A DNA stretch of 64,000 nucleotides, taken from assembly GCF_009914755.1 (NCBI RefSeq), contig NC_060940.1; one strand, written 5' to 3'. Shown here piece by piece: positions 1 to 37,679 of this stretch. The first letter of the stretch is position 1. Every line of letters starts with the position of its first letter. The notes beneath the pieces were generated by a model. That model searched no databases. It was not told where the DNA came from and saw nothing but the letters and a program-made list of their open reading frames with translations. The DNA comes from the human T2T-CHM13v2.0 reference genome, Homo sapiens. Made by a program: the position numbers and the translations under genes.

Positions 1-482
1 CATATTGATTTTTCTCATCTGCCTATTTAGGCTAATCACCAGACTATAAAACCATGAGAACCACTGCCATTGAGTATAGTCTGTGTCAGTCTACACTATA
101 GCTTTAACTAGTTGTGTGATTTCTTGCAAAGAGCAATCAGAGAAGACACAATAAACACATTTACTGATTTCAGGCTGGAGAGCTTTTAAGCAATAGGGAG
201 ATGGCCACACACAAGGTGGAGAAAATTACTGTGAAAAGGAAGTACTTTCTTTAGAGCCCCACCTAAGCTAGGCTGCAGAAATGTCTACAATGGGTTTGAA
301 AAAACTCAAAATGAGCCTTTCTGCAGTGTGAAAATCCTCCAAGATAAAGAGACAGATTGATGGTTCCTGCCGCCGCCCTGTCCTGCCCAGTTGCTGATTT
401 CAGGAAATACTTTGGCAGGTTTGTGGGTCATAGAGTTGCCAGGTTTCTTGGGATTTGTAATAGAACATCACAAGAAAATCAA

Positions 483-652
483 GTGTGAAGCAAGAGCTCA
501 ACTCTTAACAGGGGTATTGTTTGTGGTTTTGTTACTGGAAAAGATAGTGACCTTACCAGGGCCAAAGTTTGTAGACACAGGAATTACGAAATGGAGGAGG
601 GGGAGAAGTGAGCTAGTGGCAGCATAAAAAGACCAGCAGATGCCCCACAGCA
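483..652 (+). promoter_or_regulatory. HP proximal promoter (IL-6/acute-phase elements)
   Basis: C/EBP-like GTGTGAAGCAA 483-493, STAT/GAS TTACTGGAA 532-540, HNF4-like GGGCCAAAGTTTG ~559-571, C/EBP ATTACGAAAT 583-592, TATA-like CATAAAAA 623-630; probable cap near 652, 30 nt before the ATG. Confidence 0.75.
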
Positions 653-681
653 CTGCTCTTCCAGAGGCAAGACCAACCAAG

Positions 682-5204
<4,523 letters not shown>

Positions 5205-5345
5205 TGCAAGGCTGGCCGGAAGCCCTTGCCTGAAAGCAAGATTTCAGCCTGGAAGAGGGCAAAGTGGACGGGAGTGGACAGGAGTGGATGCGATAAGATG
5301 TGGTTTGAAGCTGATGGGTGCCAGCCCTGCATTGCTGAGTCAATC

Positions 5346-5351
5346 AATAAA
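5346..5351 (+). terminator. HP polyadenylation signal
   Basis: AATAAA ~140 nt after the stop, followed by a GT/T-rich downstream element. Confidence 0.9.
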
Positions 5352-5529
5352 GAGCTTTCTTTTGACCCATTTCTGTGTTGTGTTCAGTCTTGAGTCTTTT
5401 TTATTTGCTCCTTTATGGTCCAGGGTAGTCAGAAGGTATAGAGTCTACTGGGAGTATGGCAGAAAACACCCTAAACCCACTGGAAATCCCGAAGGTGATA
5501 CAAACTCTTCCACCTTAGGGAATCATGCT

Positions 5530-5720
5530 CACTGATTGAGTGCCTATTGAATGCTAGGTCCCAGAAAGTTAACTGTTGTCCTTGTTTTACAGACAAGGAA
5601 ACAGAGACTCAGAGATGGTAAGTGAGTTGCTTAAGGTTACATAGCTATGAAACAGGGAAGCAGAACTTTGAACCCAGGTCTGTTTGATACAAACTCAGAG
5701 GTCCTTTCACTGCATGCTGT
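5530..5720 (-). mobile_element. MIR-like SINE 3' of HP (identical copy ~21720-21910)
   Basis: ttttacagacaaggaaacagagactcagaga...tttgaacccaggtctg. Confidence 0.5.
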
Positions 5721-7044
5721 TGCCTCCTCAAAGTGAATTAGGAGAAAAGGCATGGGCCTGGTTGAGGAAGAGGCTAGCTCAAAATGGGATGGGGAAAAAG
5801 TGTTTTAACACAGACAGTACTTCAGAGTTTGGGATCTAACCTACCAGCACTCCAGAAAACAAAAGACAATGATGTAAAGGCAGGATCTCTGGACTTACTG
5901 AGTCCAAATCACAGAATGGCCCATAAATTTGCTAAGTAATTTAGGTTTCCTGGCCATCAGTTCCTGGTCTCTTCCATGAAGGACTTGAGCCAGGCGATGG
6001 CTAATGTCCCTATCAGCAATAACCTTCTGGTATTCCATAAAGAGTGGGGAGGTAGAGTCCCTGCATCAGTAGAAGCTGCTTTTCCTACTGGGAACAAACC
6101 CACCCTGCACCAGGAATCAAATGCAGGCTGTCTGAGCCTCCTCTCCTGATGGCAGGTCATGCTATTAAGGGTCTCCCAGAAGAAAGGTTCTGGAACTCTG
6201 AGAAACAGAAGCTCTTCTAACAGAACTTTTTCTTGCTATAAGCTTTCAATACCACCAATCACCAGTGCACCTTCTTCTCATGCCAAAATACGGCCCCTCC
6301 TTTGTAGGGTGTAAAACGACACTGATGTCACTCTCTCTCACCAAGGTCTGGCCATCTCTGTGAAGCTCTCCTCACAGGCACCCTGCAGATTCATCAATAA
6401 ACTTCAACAGGTTAGCGCCAGTAGGCCAATAAGATGCACACTTATATTCTAGAACCTGTGAAAGAAGTAATAGCCAGAAACTGGAAAATAACAGTCAAAC
6501 TCTTAAAAAAATGCCTCTCAGAACACAGTCACTTACACCTTTTCCTCTGGTAGTTCTCTTCAGCACCAAGTTTCCTGGAAGAACAAGCTACTCCCCAGTT
6601 TTCTTAAAGAATTGTCTGATTGTATTAAGTAAGTGGCTTCTGGTAAAATAATGGTAAGAGAAAAGCTCTGGCATTCTCTTGATCACTCATCTTCTCTGCC
6701 TTCCTCCCTAGCAACATCTCCTGGCCTCAGCCTGTGGGCTTCAGCAACACCAAACTCCATGTTGCTCTCTGACAAGCCCGGCCGTCTCCAGTTCTTGGGC
6801 TTTATTTCCTCGGGGGCCCTCTGCTGAAATTCCCTTCCCCTTGCTGTATTAGCACCTCCTACCCGCCTTCAACATGCAGGCACTGCCTCCTCTAAGGAGC
6901 CATCTGTACTTACGTAGCTGTGAGCATAGGATGGGGCATACAGCAGGCACTTAACAAATACTTGTGGAATGGAAAGAAACTAAGATAGGATCAAAAATAC
7001 AAATCAAGATGTGAGAGAAAGACGATCAAAAGCCCTCACGAGGG

Positions 7045-7540
<496 letters not shown>

Positions 7541-7569
7541 CTGCTCTTCCAGAGGCAAGACCAACCAAG

Positions 7570-21395
<13,826 letters not shown>

Positions 21396-21536
21396 TGCAA
21401 GGCTGGCCGGAAGCCCTTGCCTGAAAGCAAGATTTCAGCCTGGAAGAGGGCAAAGTGGACGGGAGTGGACAGGAGTGGATGCGATAAGATGTGGTTTGAA
21501 GCTGATGGGTGCCAGCCCTGCATTGCTGAGTCAATC

Positions 21537-21542
21537 AATAAA
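21537..21542 (+). terminator. HPR polyadenylation signal
   Basis: AATAAA in the same context as HP. Confidence 0.9.
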
Positions 21543-24420
21543 GAGCTTTCTTTTGACCCATTTCTGTGTTGTGTTCAGTCTTGAGTCTTTTTTATTTGCT
21601 CCTTTATGGTCCAGGGTAGTCAGAAGGTATAGAGTCTACTGGGAGTATGGCAGAAAACACCCTAAACCCACTGGAAATCCCGAAGGTGATACAAACTCTT
21701 CCACCTTAGGGAATCATGCTCACTGATTGAGTGCCTATTGAATGCTAGGTCCCAGAAAGTTAACTGTTGTCCTTGTTTTACAGACAAGGAAACAGAGACT
21801 CAGAGATGGTAAGTGAGTTGCTTAAGGTTACATAGCTATGAAACAGGGAAGCAGAACTTTGAACCCAGGTCTGTTTGATACAAACTCAGAGGTCCTTTCA
21901 CTGCATGCTGTTGCCTCTTTAAAGCGAATTAGGAGAAAGGGCATGGGCCTGGTGAGGAAGAGGCTAGCTCAAAATGGGATGGGGAAAAAGTGTTTTAACA
22001 CAGACAGTACTTCAGAGTTTGGGATCTAACCTACCAGCACTCCAGAAAACAAAAGATGATGATGTAAAGGCAGGATCTCTGGACTTGCTGAGTCCAAATC
22101 ATGGCTTGGCCCAAACATTTGCTAAGTAATTTAGGCTTCCTGGCCATTAGTTCCTGGTCTCTTCCATGAAGGACTTGAGCCAGGGTAACGTCCCTATCAG
22201 CAATAAGCTTCTGGGACTCTGTAAAGAGTGGGGAGGTAGAGTCCCTGCCTCAGTAGAAGCTGCTTTTCCTACTTGGAACAAACCCACCCTTCACCAGGAA
22301 TCAAAAGCAAGCTGTCTGAGCCTCCTCTCCTGATGGCAGGTCATGCTATTAAGGGTCTCCCAGAAGAAAGCTTCTGGAGCTCTGAGAAACAGAAGCTCTT
22401 CTAACAGAACTTTTTCTTGCTATAAGCCTTCAATACCACCAATCACCAATGTGCCTTCTTCTCATGCGAAAATACGGCCCCTCCTTTGCAGGGTGTAAAA
22501 TGACACTGATGTCACTCTCTCTCACCAGGGTCTGGCCATCTCTGTGAAGCTCTCCTCACAGGCACCCTGCAGATTCATCAATAAACTTCAACAGGTTAGC
22601 GCTAGTAGGCCAATAAGACCTATATTCTAGAACCTGTGAAAGAGATAATAGCCAGAAACTGGCAAACACCAGTCAAACTCTTTAAAAAAATGCCTCTTAG
22701 AACACAGTCACTTACACATTTTCCTAGATCTCTTCAGCACCAAGTTTCTTGGAAGAACAAGGCACTCTGCAGTTTTCTTAAAGAATTGTCTGATTGTATT
22801 AAGTGGCTTCTGGTAAAACAACAGTAAGAGAAAAGTTCTGGCATTCTCTTGATCACTCATCTTCTCTGCCTTCCTCCCCAGCACCACCTCCTGGCCTCAG
22901 CCTGTGGGCTTCTGCAAAGTCAGGTATCAGGACTAATTAGCTAGCATCAAATTCCTGTTAATTCCAGAAGCAGGGACAAACCTGTTGGGGAGGGACTTAA
23001 TGACAAAATTAGGTATAGGTCTATACGTTAATCAAGGAAAATTCTCTACTTCCTTAAACTTACTTACCACCCTAGAGGAGAGCCAAATCCACTCTGATGA
23101 CGTTTGGTCATAGGAAGGAAATTGGGGAAAATTACAAGTTTCTCCAATCCATGTAAAATTAAGAAATCCTGGGGAAGTTGTAAAGAGAAAACAGTACCCT
23201 ATTCCCTTGAAAGGCAGAATAGGTTTATAACTTATAATCGAAGGTCTCCTTCAGGAAGGACTTCTTGAACCCCATATGTCCTCTTACAACACTCCAATAT
23301 TGCCTGTAAAAAAGTCGGATGGGTCATAGCGGCTACTGCGAGACCTTCGAGCCATTAACCAAATAGTCCAGACCACCCACCCTGTCATTCCTAACCCTTA
23401 CACCATTATCAGCAAGATCCCTCATGACTGCCAGTGGTTCACAGTAATAGACCTCAATGATGACTTCTGGGCTTGCCCCTTAGCTGTGGATAGCTGGGAC
23501 ATATTTGCTTTTGAATGGGAAGACCCTCATTCCAGTTGGAAGCAATAGTAGTGATGGACAGTTCTACCCCAAGGGTTTACAGACTCTCCAAACCTATTAG
23601 TCAAAGTTTGGAACAAGTCCTAGAGAATTTCCCTCTTTCATCATCCTTATGTCTACTCCAATATGTGGATGACCTGCTCATTTCCAGAGGCACCAAAGAC
23701 CAAGTAACCGCAATTTTAATTAGCTTTCTAAATTTCCTAAGGGAACAATGGTTACGGGTCTCAAAAAGTAAACTCCAGCTTGTAGAACCTGAGGTAAAAC
23801 ACATGGGGCACTTAATAAGCAAAGGTAAGCGGAAGATAGGGCCCGAACAAATGGAAGGGATCATATCCCTGCCACTGCCTGAGACAAAACAAGAACTTAG
23901 AAAATTCTTCAGGCTAGCTGGAAATTATTGCCTGTGGATTGACTCTTATGCCTTAAAAACAAAACCTCTATATCTAAAACTTACCCAAGAAGGGCCTGAC
24001 CCCCTTCTTTGGACCCCACAAGAAGTCCAGCAAGTTGAGGAACTAAAACATCTACTTATAACTGCCCCTGTCTTAGCTCTGCCATCCTTAGAACAGCCAT
24101 TTCACTTTTTTGTTAATATAAGCAATGGGGCAGCTATAGGAGTACTCACTCAAAAGCATGGGGCCATTGCCAGCCCACAGCCTTTCTGTCAAACATTCTT
24201 GACGTGGTAACCTGTGGGTGGCCCGAATGTATCCAATCTACAGCAGCAACTGTTTTATTGACAGAGGAAAGTAGAAAAATAACCTTTGGGGGAAGTCTCA
24301 TCCTAAGCACACCCCATCAGGTTAAAACCATTCTTAGCCAAAAAGCAGGGAGATGGCTTACAGATTCAAGAATCCTAAAATATGAAGCTATCCTATTAGA
24401 AAAAGGTGATTTAACCCTAA

Positions 24421-24769
<349 letters not shown>

Positions 24770-26454
24770 TGACAGGAAATCCAAACGCTGGAGACCCCAA
24801 GCACAAATGTTTAGACTTAATCATCAAACTAAAGTAAGGCCTGATCTAAGTGAGACCCCTTTAAAAACAGGGCACCATCTCTTTGTAGACAGCTCCTCTC
24901 GGGTAATTGAAGAGAAAAAACATAATGGCTACTCAGTGGTTGATGGAGAAACTCTCACAGAAGTAGAATCAGGGAGACTTCCCAATAACTGGTCTAACCA
25001 AACATGTGAGTTGTTCGCACTAAATCAAGCCTTAAAATAGCTGCAGAATCAAGAAGGGACTATTTACACCAATTCCAAATATGCTTTTGGAGTGGCCCAT
25101 ACCTTTGGGAAGATTTGGACTGAACAAGGCCTTATTACTAGCAAGGGCCAAAACCTTGTCCACAAAGAGTTAATCATGCAAGTATTAGAAAACCTTCAGC
25201 TACCAGAGGACATAGCCATTGTTCATGTCCCAGGACACCATAAAGGTCTCTCTTTCAAGAGTTACTTCCCAAGAAGCACCCATTTTCCACTGAACCCCTT
25301 GTCTCCCTTCCCCATCTGCAACCCCCATCTTCTCCCAAGCAGACAAAGAAAAATTAAAGAAAATAGGGGCTAACAAAAACTCAGAAGAGAAACGGATACT
25401 GCCAGATAACAAAGAAATGTTGTCCAAACCCCTAATGACAGAAATCTTAACACAACTTCACCAAGGGACCCATTGGGGTCCCCAAGCCATGTGTGATGCA
25501 GTCCTTAGAACCTATGGGTGTACAGGGATTTATACCCTCACCAGGCAAGTCACAGACAGTTGTATGGTATGCAGAAAAACCAATAAACAAACTTTAAGAA
25601 AACTGCCCTTCGGCGGAAGAAATCCTGGGCTAAGGCCATTCCAAAGTGTCCATATTGACTTATACCGAAATGCCCCAAATAGGCTGCCTCAAATGTTTGT
25701 CAGTTATAGTGGACCATCTCACTCACTGGGTGGAAGCCATTCACCTGCCAAGTGCAACTGCCAATAATGTAGTTAAAGTACTAATAGAAGATACCATACC
25801 CAGATTCAGATTAATAGAGAACATTGACTCAGACAATGGAACCCATTTTACTGCACAGGTCATTAAAGGATTAACCCAGACACTAGAGATAAAATGGGAA
25901 TATCATACTCCCTGGCACCCACCCTCATCAGGAAAAGCAGAAAGAATGAATCAAAATAAATAAATCACCTAACTAAACTAATCTTGGAAACCCGACTGCC
26001 ATGAACTAAGTACCTCCCTGTCGCCTTACTAAGAATTCGTATCGCCCCTTGAAAAGATATCGGCCTGTCCCCTTATGAAACGCTCTACAGATTGCCATGC
26101 TTAAATTCCACCACTGACATCCCTACATTTGAAACAAAACATCAATTTCTTAAAAACTATATACGTGGTCTATCTTCCACCCTTTTTTCCCTCAGGACCC
26201 AAGGCCTCTTAGCACAAATGCCGCCTCTAGAGTTTCCAGTACACCCACATCAGCCTGGGGATTATGTGCTCATCAAAAGCTGGAGGGAGGAAAACTCGAA
26301 CCATCGTGGGAAGGACCCTATCTAATACTCCTAACAACTGAAACAGCAGCCCGAACGGCTGAACAGGGGTGGACTCATCACACTTGGGTAAAAAGGACCC
26401 CACCCCTTATGGAATCATGGACCATCACTCCAGGACCAACTCCCTCAAAATTAA

Positions 26455-26805
<351 letters not shown>

Positions 26806-28676
26806 GCATTTCATTGTTAATGTAACCAGGTCAGCCTCCCCTCAAGCTGTTGTGTTTGATGCTTGCCTAGTCATACCTTGCGGAGACCTACAAAGTCAAA
26901 GGCAACTAGCCTCTTCAGAAAAGTATCTTTGCCCTTGGTACTCACCCCACCCTCAATCTGATCCTTGCAAGATTCCCTATAATTGGCTACCTTGCCATTC
27001 CTGGTACGATATTCTCTGGACCACTCAGTCCCAAGGCTGGACTTCTTCAGCAGGCTGCACCTCCCTAAAACCTTATATCCATTTTACTAAACAAAATAAC
27101 TCCTCTAACTGCCAACACCTCCGATGTAACCTGGTGCATATTTCTATTACTACTTCAACCTCCACTAACCATATTCCCACCCTAAGTCGCTTTTATGGTA
27201 TGGGGCAGATGTTAGCGGGAAAGACCCCATAGGGTCCTTTGAGATTCGTTTTGTCGCCCCTCCAGCACCCCTTCCTTCCCGAAGATCTCCTCCAAATGAA
27301 ACAACTATCTTGCCACTACCTAATGACAAAACTAAAGTGCACATAGTGGAAGTCAAAGACCTAAAACAAACCCTGGCCATCGAGACCGGACACCAAGAAA
27401 TGAATGCCTGGCTGAAATGGATCAAATATTCAGTTTGCACTTTAAATAAAAGCGACTGTTATGCCTGTGCAATGGGCAGGCCAGAAACCCAAATAGTTCC
27501 CTTCCTGCTTGGATGGTCTAACCAACCGGGCATGGACTGTACAGTAGCTCTCTTCCAGCACCCCACAGCCTGGGGTAATAAGTCATGCACCAGTCTCTCA
27601 CTGCTTTTCCCAAAAGTCAAAGACTTCCCTGTGGGTCAGCCCCCAAGGGCCATCTGGCTCCTGGCCTCTGATGCCAATTTTACCTCTTGTCTCTCATGAC
27701 GGGGAAAACTTACATCTTTCAGGAATCTAACGGGATGCAGTGAATCCGAGCCTTTTCGAGAGCTCACCAATCAGACTGCCCTTGTCTATCCACAAGCAGA
27801 TGTTTGGTGGTATTGTGGAGGACCTCTACTGGGTATGCTGCCAAATAATTGGAGCAGCACTTGCACTCTAATCCAACTGGCCATCTCTTTCACCCTGGCA
27901 TTTCATCAGTCCGACAAAAAGTCACCCTCTTGGGAAGAAAGAGAAGCTCCTCAAGGGTCTTTTGACCCCCATGTCTATATAGAGGCAATTGGAGTACCAC
28001 GAGTAGCCGCCAATGAATTTAAAGCTCGAAATCAAATAGCTGCCAGGTTTGAGTCAGTCTTATTTTGGTGGTCTACTATAAACAAAAACGTAGACTGGAT
28101 AAACTATATATATTACAATCAACAAGGATTTGTTAATTATACCAGAGATACCATTTGGGGATAGCTGAGCAATTTGGTCCCACCAGCCAAATGGCCTGGG
28201 AAAACAGGATAGCTCTTGACATGACATTAGCAGAAAACGGCAGAGTTTGTGTAATCATCAGAGCCCAATGTTGTACTTTGATCCCAAATAACACAGCTCC
28301 CGATGGAACCACTACCAAGGCTCTACAAGGCCTCACCACCCTAGCAAATGAGCTGGCTGAAAATTCTGGAATAGATGACCCCTTCACAGGTTTAACCAAA
28401 AGATGGTTTGGTAAATGGAAAGGACTTATGGCCTCTATCCTCACTTCCCTTGCCATTGTTACAAGTGCACTCATCCTTGTAGGCTGTTGCATCACACCTT
28501 GTGTTTGTGGGTTAGTTCAAAGACTCATAGAAATGGCTTGCACTAAAACCTTCTCTGTCTCTCCCCCTCCATATTCAGACCAACTTTTACTCCTAGACAA
28601 TCAAGAAGAGCAACAAAGCCAAATCTTACTAAAATAATTTGAAGAGGAAGAATTATAACAACAAAAAGGGGGAAAT

Positions 28677-29044
28677 TGTCAGAATAAAAGAAAGGTTCCT
28701 CTTCAAAGATCCAACTTTCTTGTCATAGGCTGTAAACCACCTTGCTCCAAACCTTAACCTGTAACCTTTACCCTCTGCCTTATTTGAGAAAGATTCAAGC
28801 GCATAGCCAATTGGAGTCAGCCTAGACTGTGCGGTCCAACCCCAGCCAATGGGGGAAAGACAAAGAAGCAGGAACTGCGTTAGGGTTAGAAACCTGTTCT
28901 CCTTTGTTAGGTGTGCTTTTGCGACTGCTATAGGCGCGGGCAGCACCCTTCTGCAGAAGTAAACTTTGCCTTGCTGAGAAACTTTTCTTCTGAGTGCTCC
29001 TCTTCCTCTGCGGCACTCAGAAATAAGAGAACTTATTTCTAACA
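28677..29044 (+). repeat. 3' LTR of the second ERV (a different LTR10-like subtype)
   Basis: tgtcagaataaa...ctaaca; shares agccaat, ctgcgttag and agtaaa..ttgccttgctgaga blocks with the first LTR pair. Confidence 0.85.
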
Positions 29045-29124
29045 GGAGGAAGAAGACATGATAATTTTGCACACGCAGGTTCTGAGTTTTGGCTGGTGCG
29101 CTGAGTGCTTACCATACCGCAAAT

Positions 29125-29680
29125 ACTGTGTGATCTGGGCTGAAGAACAGAAAACCCAACTAACAGTGACTTAGGCAAAAAGAAATTTTATTCTTTCACA
29201 GAAGTCTGAGGCAGGCAGGTCCAGAGTTCATGCAGGAGCTCAATAACATCAGAGATTGGGCTCTTTTTGTTCTTCTTAGCATATCGATGTTTTACGTGAT
29301 GCTGGGCACCTCGGGGACCTAAGATGGCTGTTGTAGCTCCATGCATCATGATTAAACCAGAGACAGGAAGTGTACGATGGAAGAGGCCAGAGGTGATGGC
29401 CTCCTCCTCTCCTTTTGTCTTATTCCTGGAGTGACTCCCTCCTCTTATCAGCAGGGATACAAGCAGTGCCTGGCAGCCTTCCCTCTCTCCTGTATGAGCC
29501 AAAAGCAAGACTCATGGCACCCCTCCCTGCAGGAAAGGGGTGGAATGGAGCCCCTGGCAAAGGGGGCTGGACTTGCAGTGACAGTGCTGCTCTGAACAGG
29601 ACTAGGCTTCTGTTGGAGAGGTGGTCAGCGGCTGCTAGGCAGGTCACAAGCTGCCTCACCCATGGCTCTCCAGCTCTGCA
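29125..29680 (-). mobile_element. MLT1/MaLR-type solo LTR
   Basis: Reverse complement ends AATAAAATTTCTTTTTGCCTAAGTCACTG...GGGTTTTCTGTTCTTCAGCC, like an MLT1 3' end; far boundary approximate. Confidence 0.6.
29187..29192 (-). terminator. Probable TXNL4B poly(A) signal
   Basis: First minus-strand AATAAA I found downstream of the TXNL4B stop. Confidence 0.6.
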
Positions 29681-30037
29681 CCTACCCTCTCCTTCTAATA
29701 AATCTGTTTCAATAACCACCACGAGGTTTAAAGAGGAGCAGTAACTTGCCCACGGTTGCGCCAGGCACCCCTAGAAGAGCAAGAATTCCTTACAAAGTTA
29801 TTAAAACAGGCAAATCCCATATAGGTGACATTTCTATCCAACAATGCTGACATCTCTTTTAGTTTTGAGCCTTAGTAATCCAATTTTCTGCCTCAGGAAG
29901 AGGCAGCAGCTTCTGGGAAAAATCTGCTCCTGCTAAGGTGGCTCATTCATTGTTTTACCTGAATAGAGTGGTGGATGGTGAAGGTTCAAATTCTCACTTT
30001 CCATATTAAATTTTATAACATAAAAAATAATTAAATG

Positions 30038-30357
<320 letters not shown>

Positions 30358-30950
30358 TTAAAAGCCAGAGCCAAAAAGGCTCCAAAATAAAACAAACTTG
30401 TCTGCTCAATTAATTATTTGAAGAGAACCTACAGTAATACAGACTGGAGATGGGAAAGCACGAGGGATGTATGAGTCGAGGAACCGGCAAAGGGGTGTGG
30501 GGGTGTGTGTGTGTGTGTGTGTGCACACACATGCACCCAGCTAGGGTAGAAAATAAGTACTTTTGCTTCTATGGGAAGTGACTTTCCAGTTCACTTGTGT
30601 ATCAAATGAACATGATGAAATCAAGTTGTACTAGCCAATGTTTGGGAGGGTTCTGTATTAAAGGGATAAAGAAAAACATTAGAAAGAGAAGTTACAAAAA
30701 TCACTGTGGGGAAAATGAACACCAATGACTTGGCTGCTCTGAGGCTTGCAGGGAGTAGACAGTTAGGCATCCCAGGTCATCAGAGAACCAGTGGGGTCTT
30801 TTCCTCAGGGGCCGGGTTTTCTACACGCAAGTCAAACCTCTTCTCCTCTGGGACACATGTTTCCAAAGGACTCCAGAAACACAGCACAGCTGGATTCAGG
30901 TACTGTGTCAAGATGTGCCTTCTTCTTCATCTTTGACAGCAATTAATGTA

Positions 30951-35062
<4,112 letters not shown>

Positions 35063-36447
35063 CTTGAAATAACCCAAATGTGAATCCTCACTGTCACTCC
35101 TGAAATAAAGGTGCAATGTTTAAAGACAGTTTAGATTAAGTGCGTGAGCCCTCATTAAAAAAAATTAATTCACAGAGTAGCTAATGTATTCACATGGTAT
35201 GAAAGAAACATCATAGAAAGGTAACACTGTGGAGTTTCCCTCTCTTTGTCCCTGCTCCTTGGAACCAGTTTTCATTGTTCCCTCCCCCGGGCCAGATAAC
35301 TGCTTTCATTAGTTTCTCATGTATCTTTCAGAGTTTTGTTATGCATTCACCAAAAAATACAAATATGCGTTCCGATATTTTTTTTCTCTCTCTCCCCACC
35401 CCCAAAAGATAGCCTATTGTATCAGTGTTCCAGCAGGAAAGCGATGACACTCTCAACTTTGGTAATTTGAAGGCAGTTTAATTAAGGCAGGTGTAGAAAA
35501 ACAATACGGTAAAGTGTACTACTTTGGGGCTAGTAACAGCGGGATGCTGTACCCATCCCTAGGCCATGGGAGGAAGAAGCCACGGTAGGAAGCAGTTATA
35601 AGAATTGTGTGGCAGAAAGAGGTGAGTGGAGAGGACAGTGTATAGGAGGGCAGCCTGCTGTTAGGTGTTGCAGCCACTCTCCTCCCTCCCTCTGACCTTT
35701 GCTCATGCAACCACCGGCTGACTCCAACTGGAACCAGAGGGCAGGGGCCTGTTGAGGCAGGCAAACCTCCCTGTCCCAGAGCAGTCTAGAGGAGGATGAA
35801 GAATGGCTGTGGAGGGACCAATGGCAGATGTTCAGCACACACACTTTATCTACTCTTCAGCACTTTTCATTATTTCAAACCTAACCTATGAAGATTGCCC
35901 CATATCTCTATATAGAGAACATCCATATTCTCTGTCATGGCAGCATATTATTTCTTGCATGTGTTACACTTTTTAAACAGTCCTTTATTGTATACTTTAT
36001 ATTATTACAAGTCCTGGCTTAAAGATTCTTGGTGTGCACCTTACTAGGTGCACCTCATTACACGGCAAACAGATCAATTAAGAGTGTGTGTGAAAACTAC
36101 AATACCATAAACAAATAATAAAATACTGAGGTACAAGGGACCTAATCCAACCCCGTCATTTTACAAACTAGCTTGCTTACAGTTGCACTTTCTACTACAA
36201 TGACAAGGACTAGAATACAGGCCACCAAATTTCTAGTCCAGGGGTCCTTCTACTACAATAATCTATTTTCATGATTGGTAGAAATTTCATTTTTGAGAAA
36301 CTCTTTGACAAAGAAGCTTAGTTTTGTGGTCATCTATAAGAGACTCCATTGAGATGGTCGGTATTTTGAATTCAGTTCCAAATATGAAAAGGGAGGATTT
36401 CTTTTCCTATTTTTTTTGTCACAAGTCACATTTTAAGATACGAATTA

Positions 36448-36746
36448 GGCCAGGCTCACCCCTGTAATCCCAGCACCTTGGGAGGCCAAGGAGGGTGGAT
36501 CACCTATGGCCAGGAATTCGAGACCAGCCTGGCCAACATGGTGAAACCCCGTCTCTACTAAAAATACAAAAAATTAGCTGGGCGTGGTGGCAGGTGCCAC
36601 CTGTAATCCAAGCTACTCAGGAGGCTGAGGCAGGAGAATTGCTTGAACCCTGGAGGCGGAGGTTGCAGTGAGCTAGGATCGCTCCACTGTACTCCAGCCT
36701 GGGCAAGGCAACAAGAGCGAAGCTCCGTCTCCAAAAAAAAAAAAAA
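36448..36746 (+). mobile_element. Alu in TXNL4B intron 1
   Basis: Alu consensus with poly-A. Confidence 0.93.
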
Positions 36747-37332
36747 GGAATTATTTAACTAAAATTCACATAGGAAATAAGATTGTTCCAGCTATAGGTC
36801 ATACTTTAAACAGGGACATTGATGGCCCAAAGGGACGTCATCAGATGTGAGCAGCAGAACAAATTACCAATGAAAGGGAAGGTCAAAGAGAAGACGGATC
36901 TGTCCCACTAGAATTCAAACAAACAGCAATTCCTCCGTGTTACTGATCGAAAGGAGAAAGTAAGGGGAGAACAAAGTTGTTAGTGGTGAGGCTAGGGGTG
37001 CAACTGGACAAACGTTGGAAGCAGGAGAGGAAAACTGAGACCACATCTAAGAAAATGTCCATAGTAAATGATACCCACAGAGAATTCCCAAAAGAAGACG
37101 TACAAATGGACAGTAAATAAACTAAAAAGTTAAGCTTTACCAGTAAGCAAAGAAAAGCAAATTAAAAGATATGTTTACAAAGTCACTGAATTGGCAAAAA
37201 TTAAACAAGATAGTGGTAGGGGCAGGCACAGGGAGTTCCTGCTGGAATGCAGACACAAAACCTTTCTGGAAAGAAAACTGACATACTCTTTGACCAATAA
37301 CTCCACTGCTTTCCTCTCTCCCTCTCTTTTTC

Positions 37333-37440
37333 TGAGGCGGGGTTTCGCTATGTTGCCCAGGCTGGTCTCAACTCCCCAGGCTCAAGCAATCCTCCCGCCT
37401 CAGCCTCCCGAGTAGCTGGAACCTCAGGCGCGCGCCACAA
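37333..37440 (-). mobile_element. Alu monomer (FLAM-like)
   Basis: ggggtttcgctatgttgcccaggctggtctc...cctcagcctcccgagtagctgg. Confidence 0.75.
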
Positions 37441-37679
37441 CTGCAGAAACACCAAAAAAAGAAAAAAAGCTTGAACTCACTTTTGTACAGAACCTTACTA
37501 CAATGTATTCCAGAAAAACAACTGGAAATCAGTGGTCATCTCTGCGTGTGAACGCATGGGTGATTTTTATTTACAGCCGGGCGCGCATCTCCATTTTCCA
37601 AAATATCCGATATACATATTTAAAGTCACCTGTGTTGCGCTGCTCCTGGCCCACAAGCGCTAAGGGACCCCAGCACTTA

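Noticed and set aside
5262-5290. Three GAGTGGA(C/T)-like 10-mers in the HP/HPR 3' UTR
   Set aside because: Short slippage repeat with no evidence of function
35063-35116. N-terminal extension of TXNL4B (MHLYFRSDSED...)
   Set aside because: The start is a non-ATG codon inside the intron, upstream of the acceptor at 35100-35101
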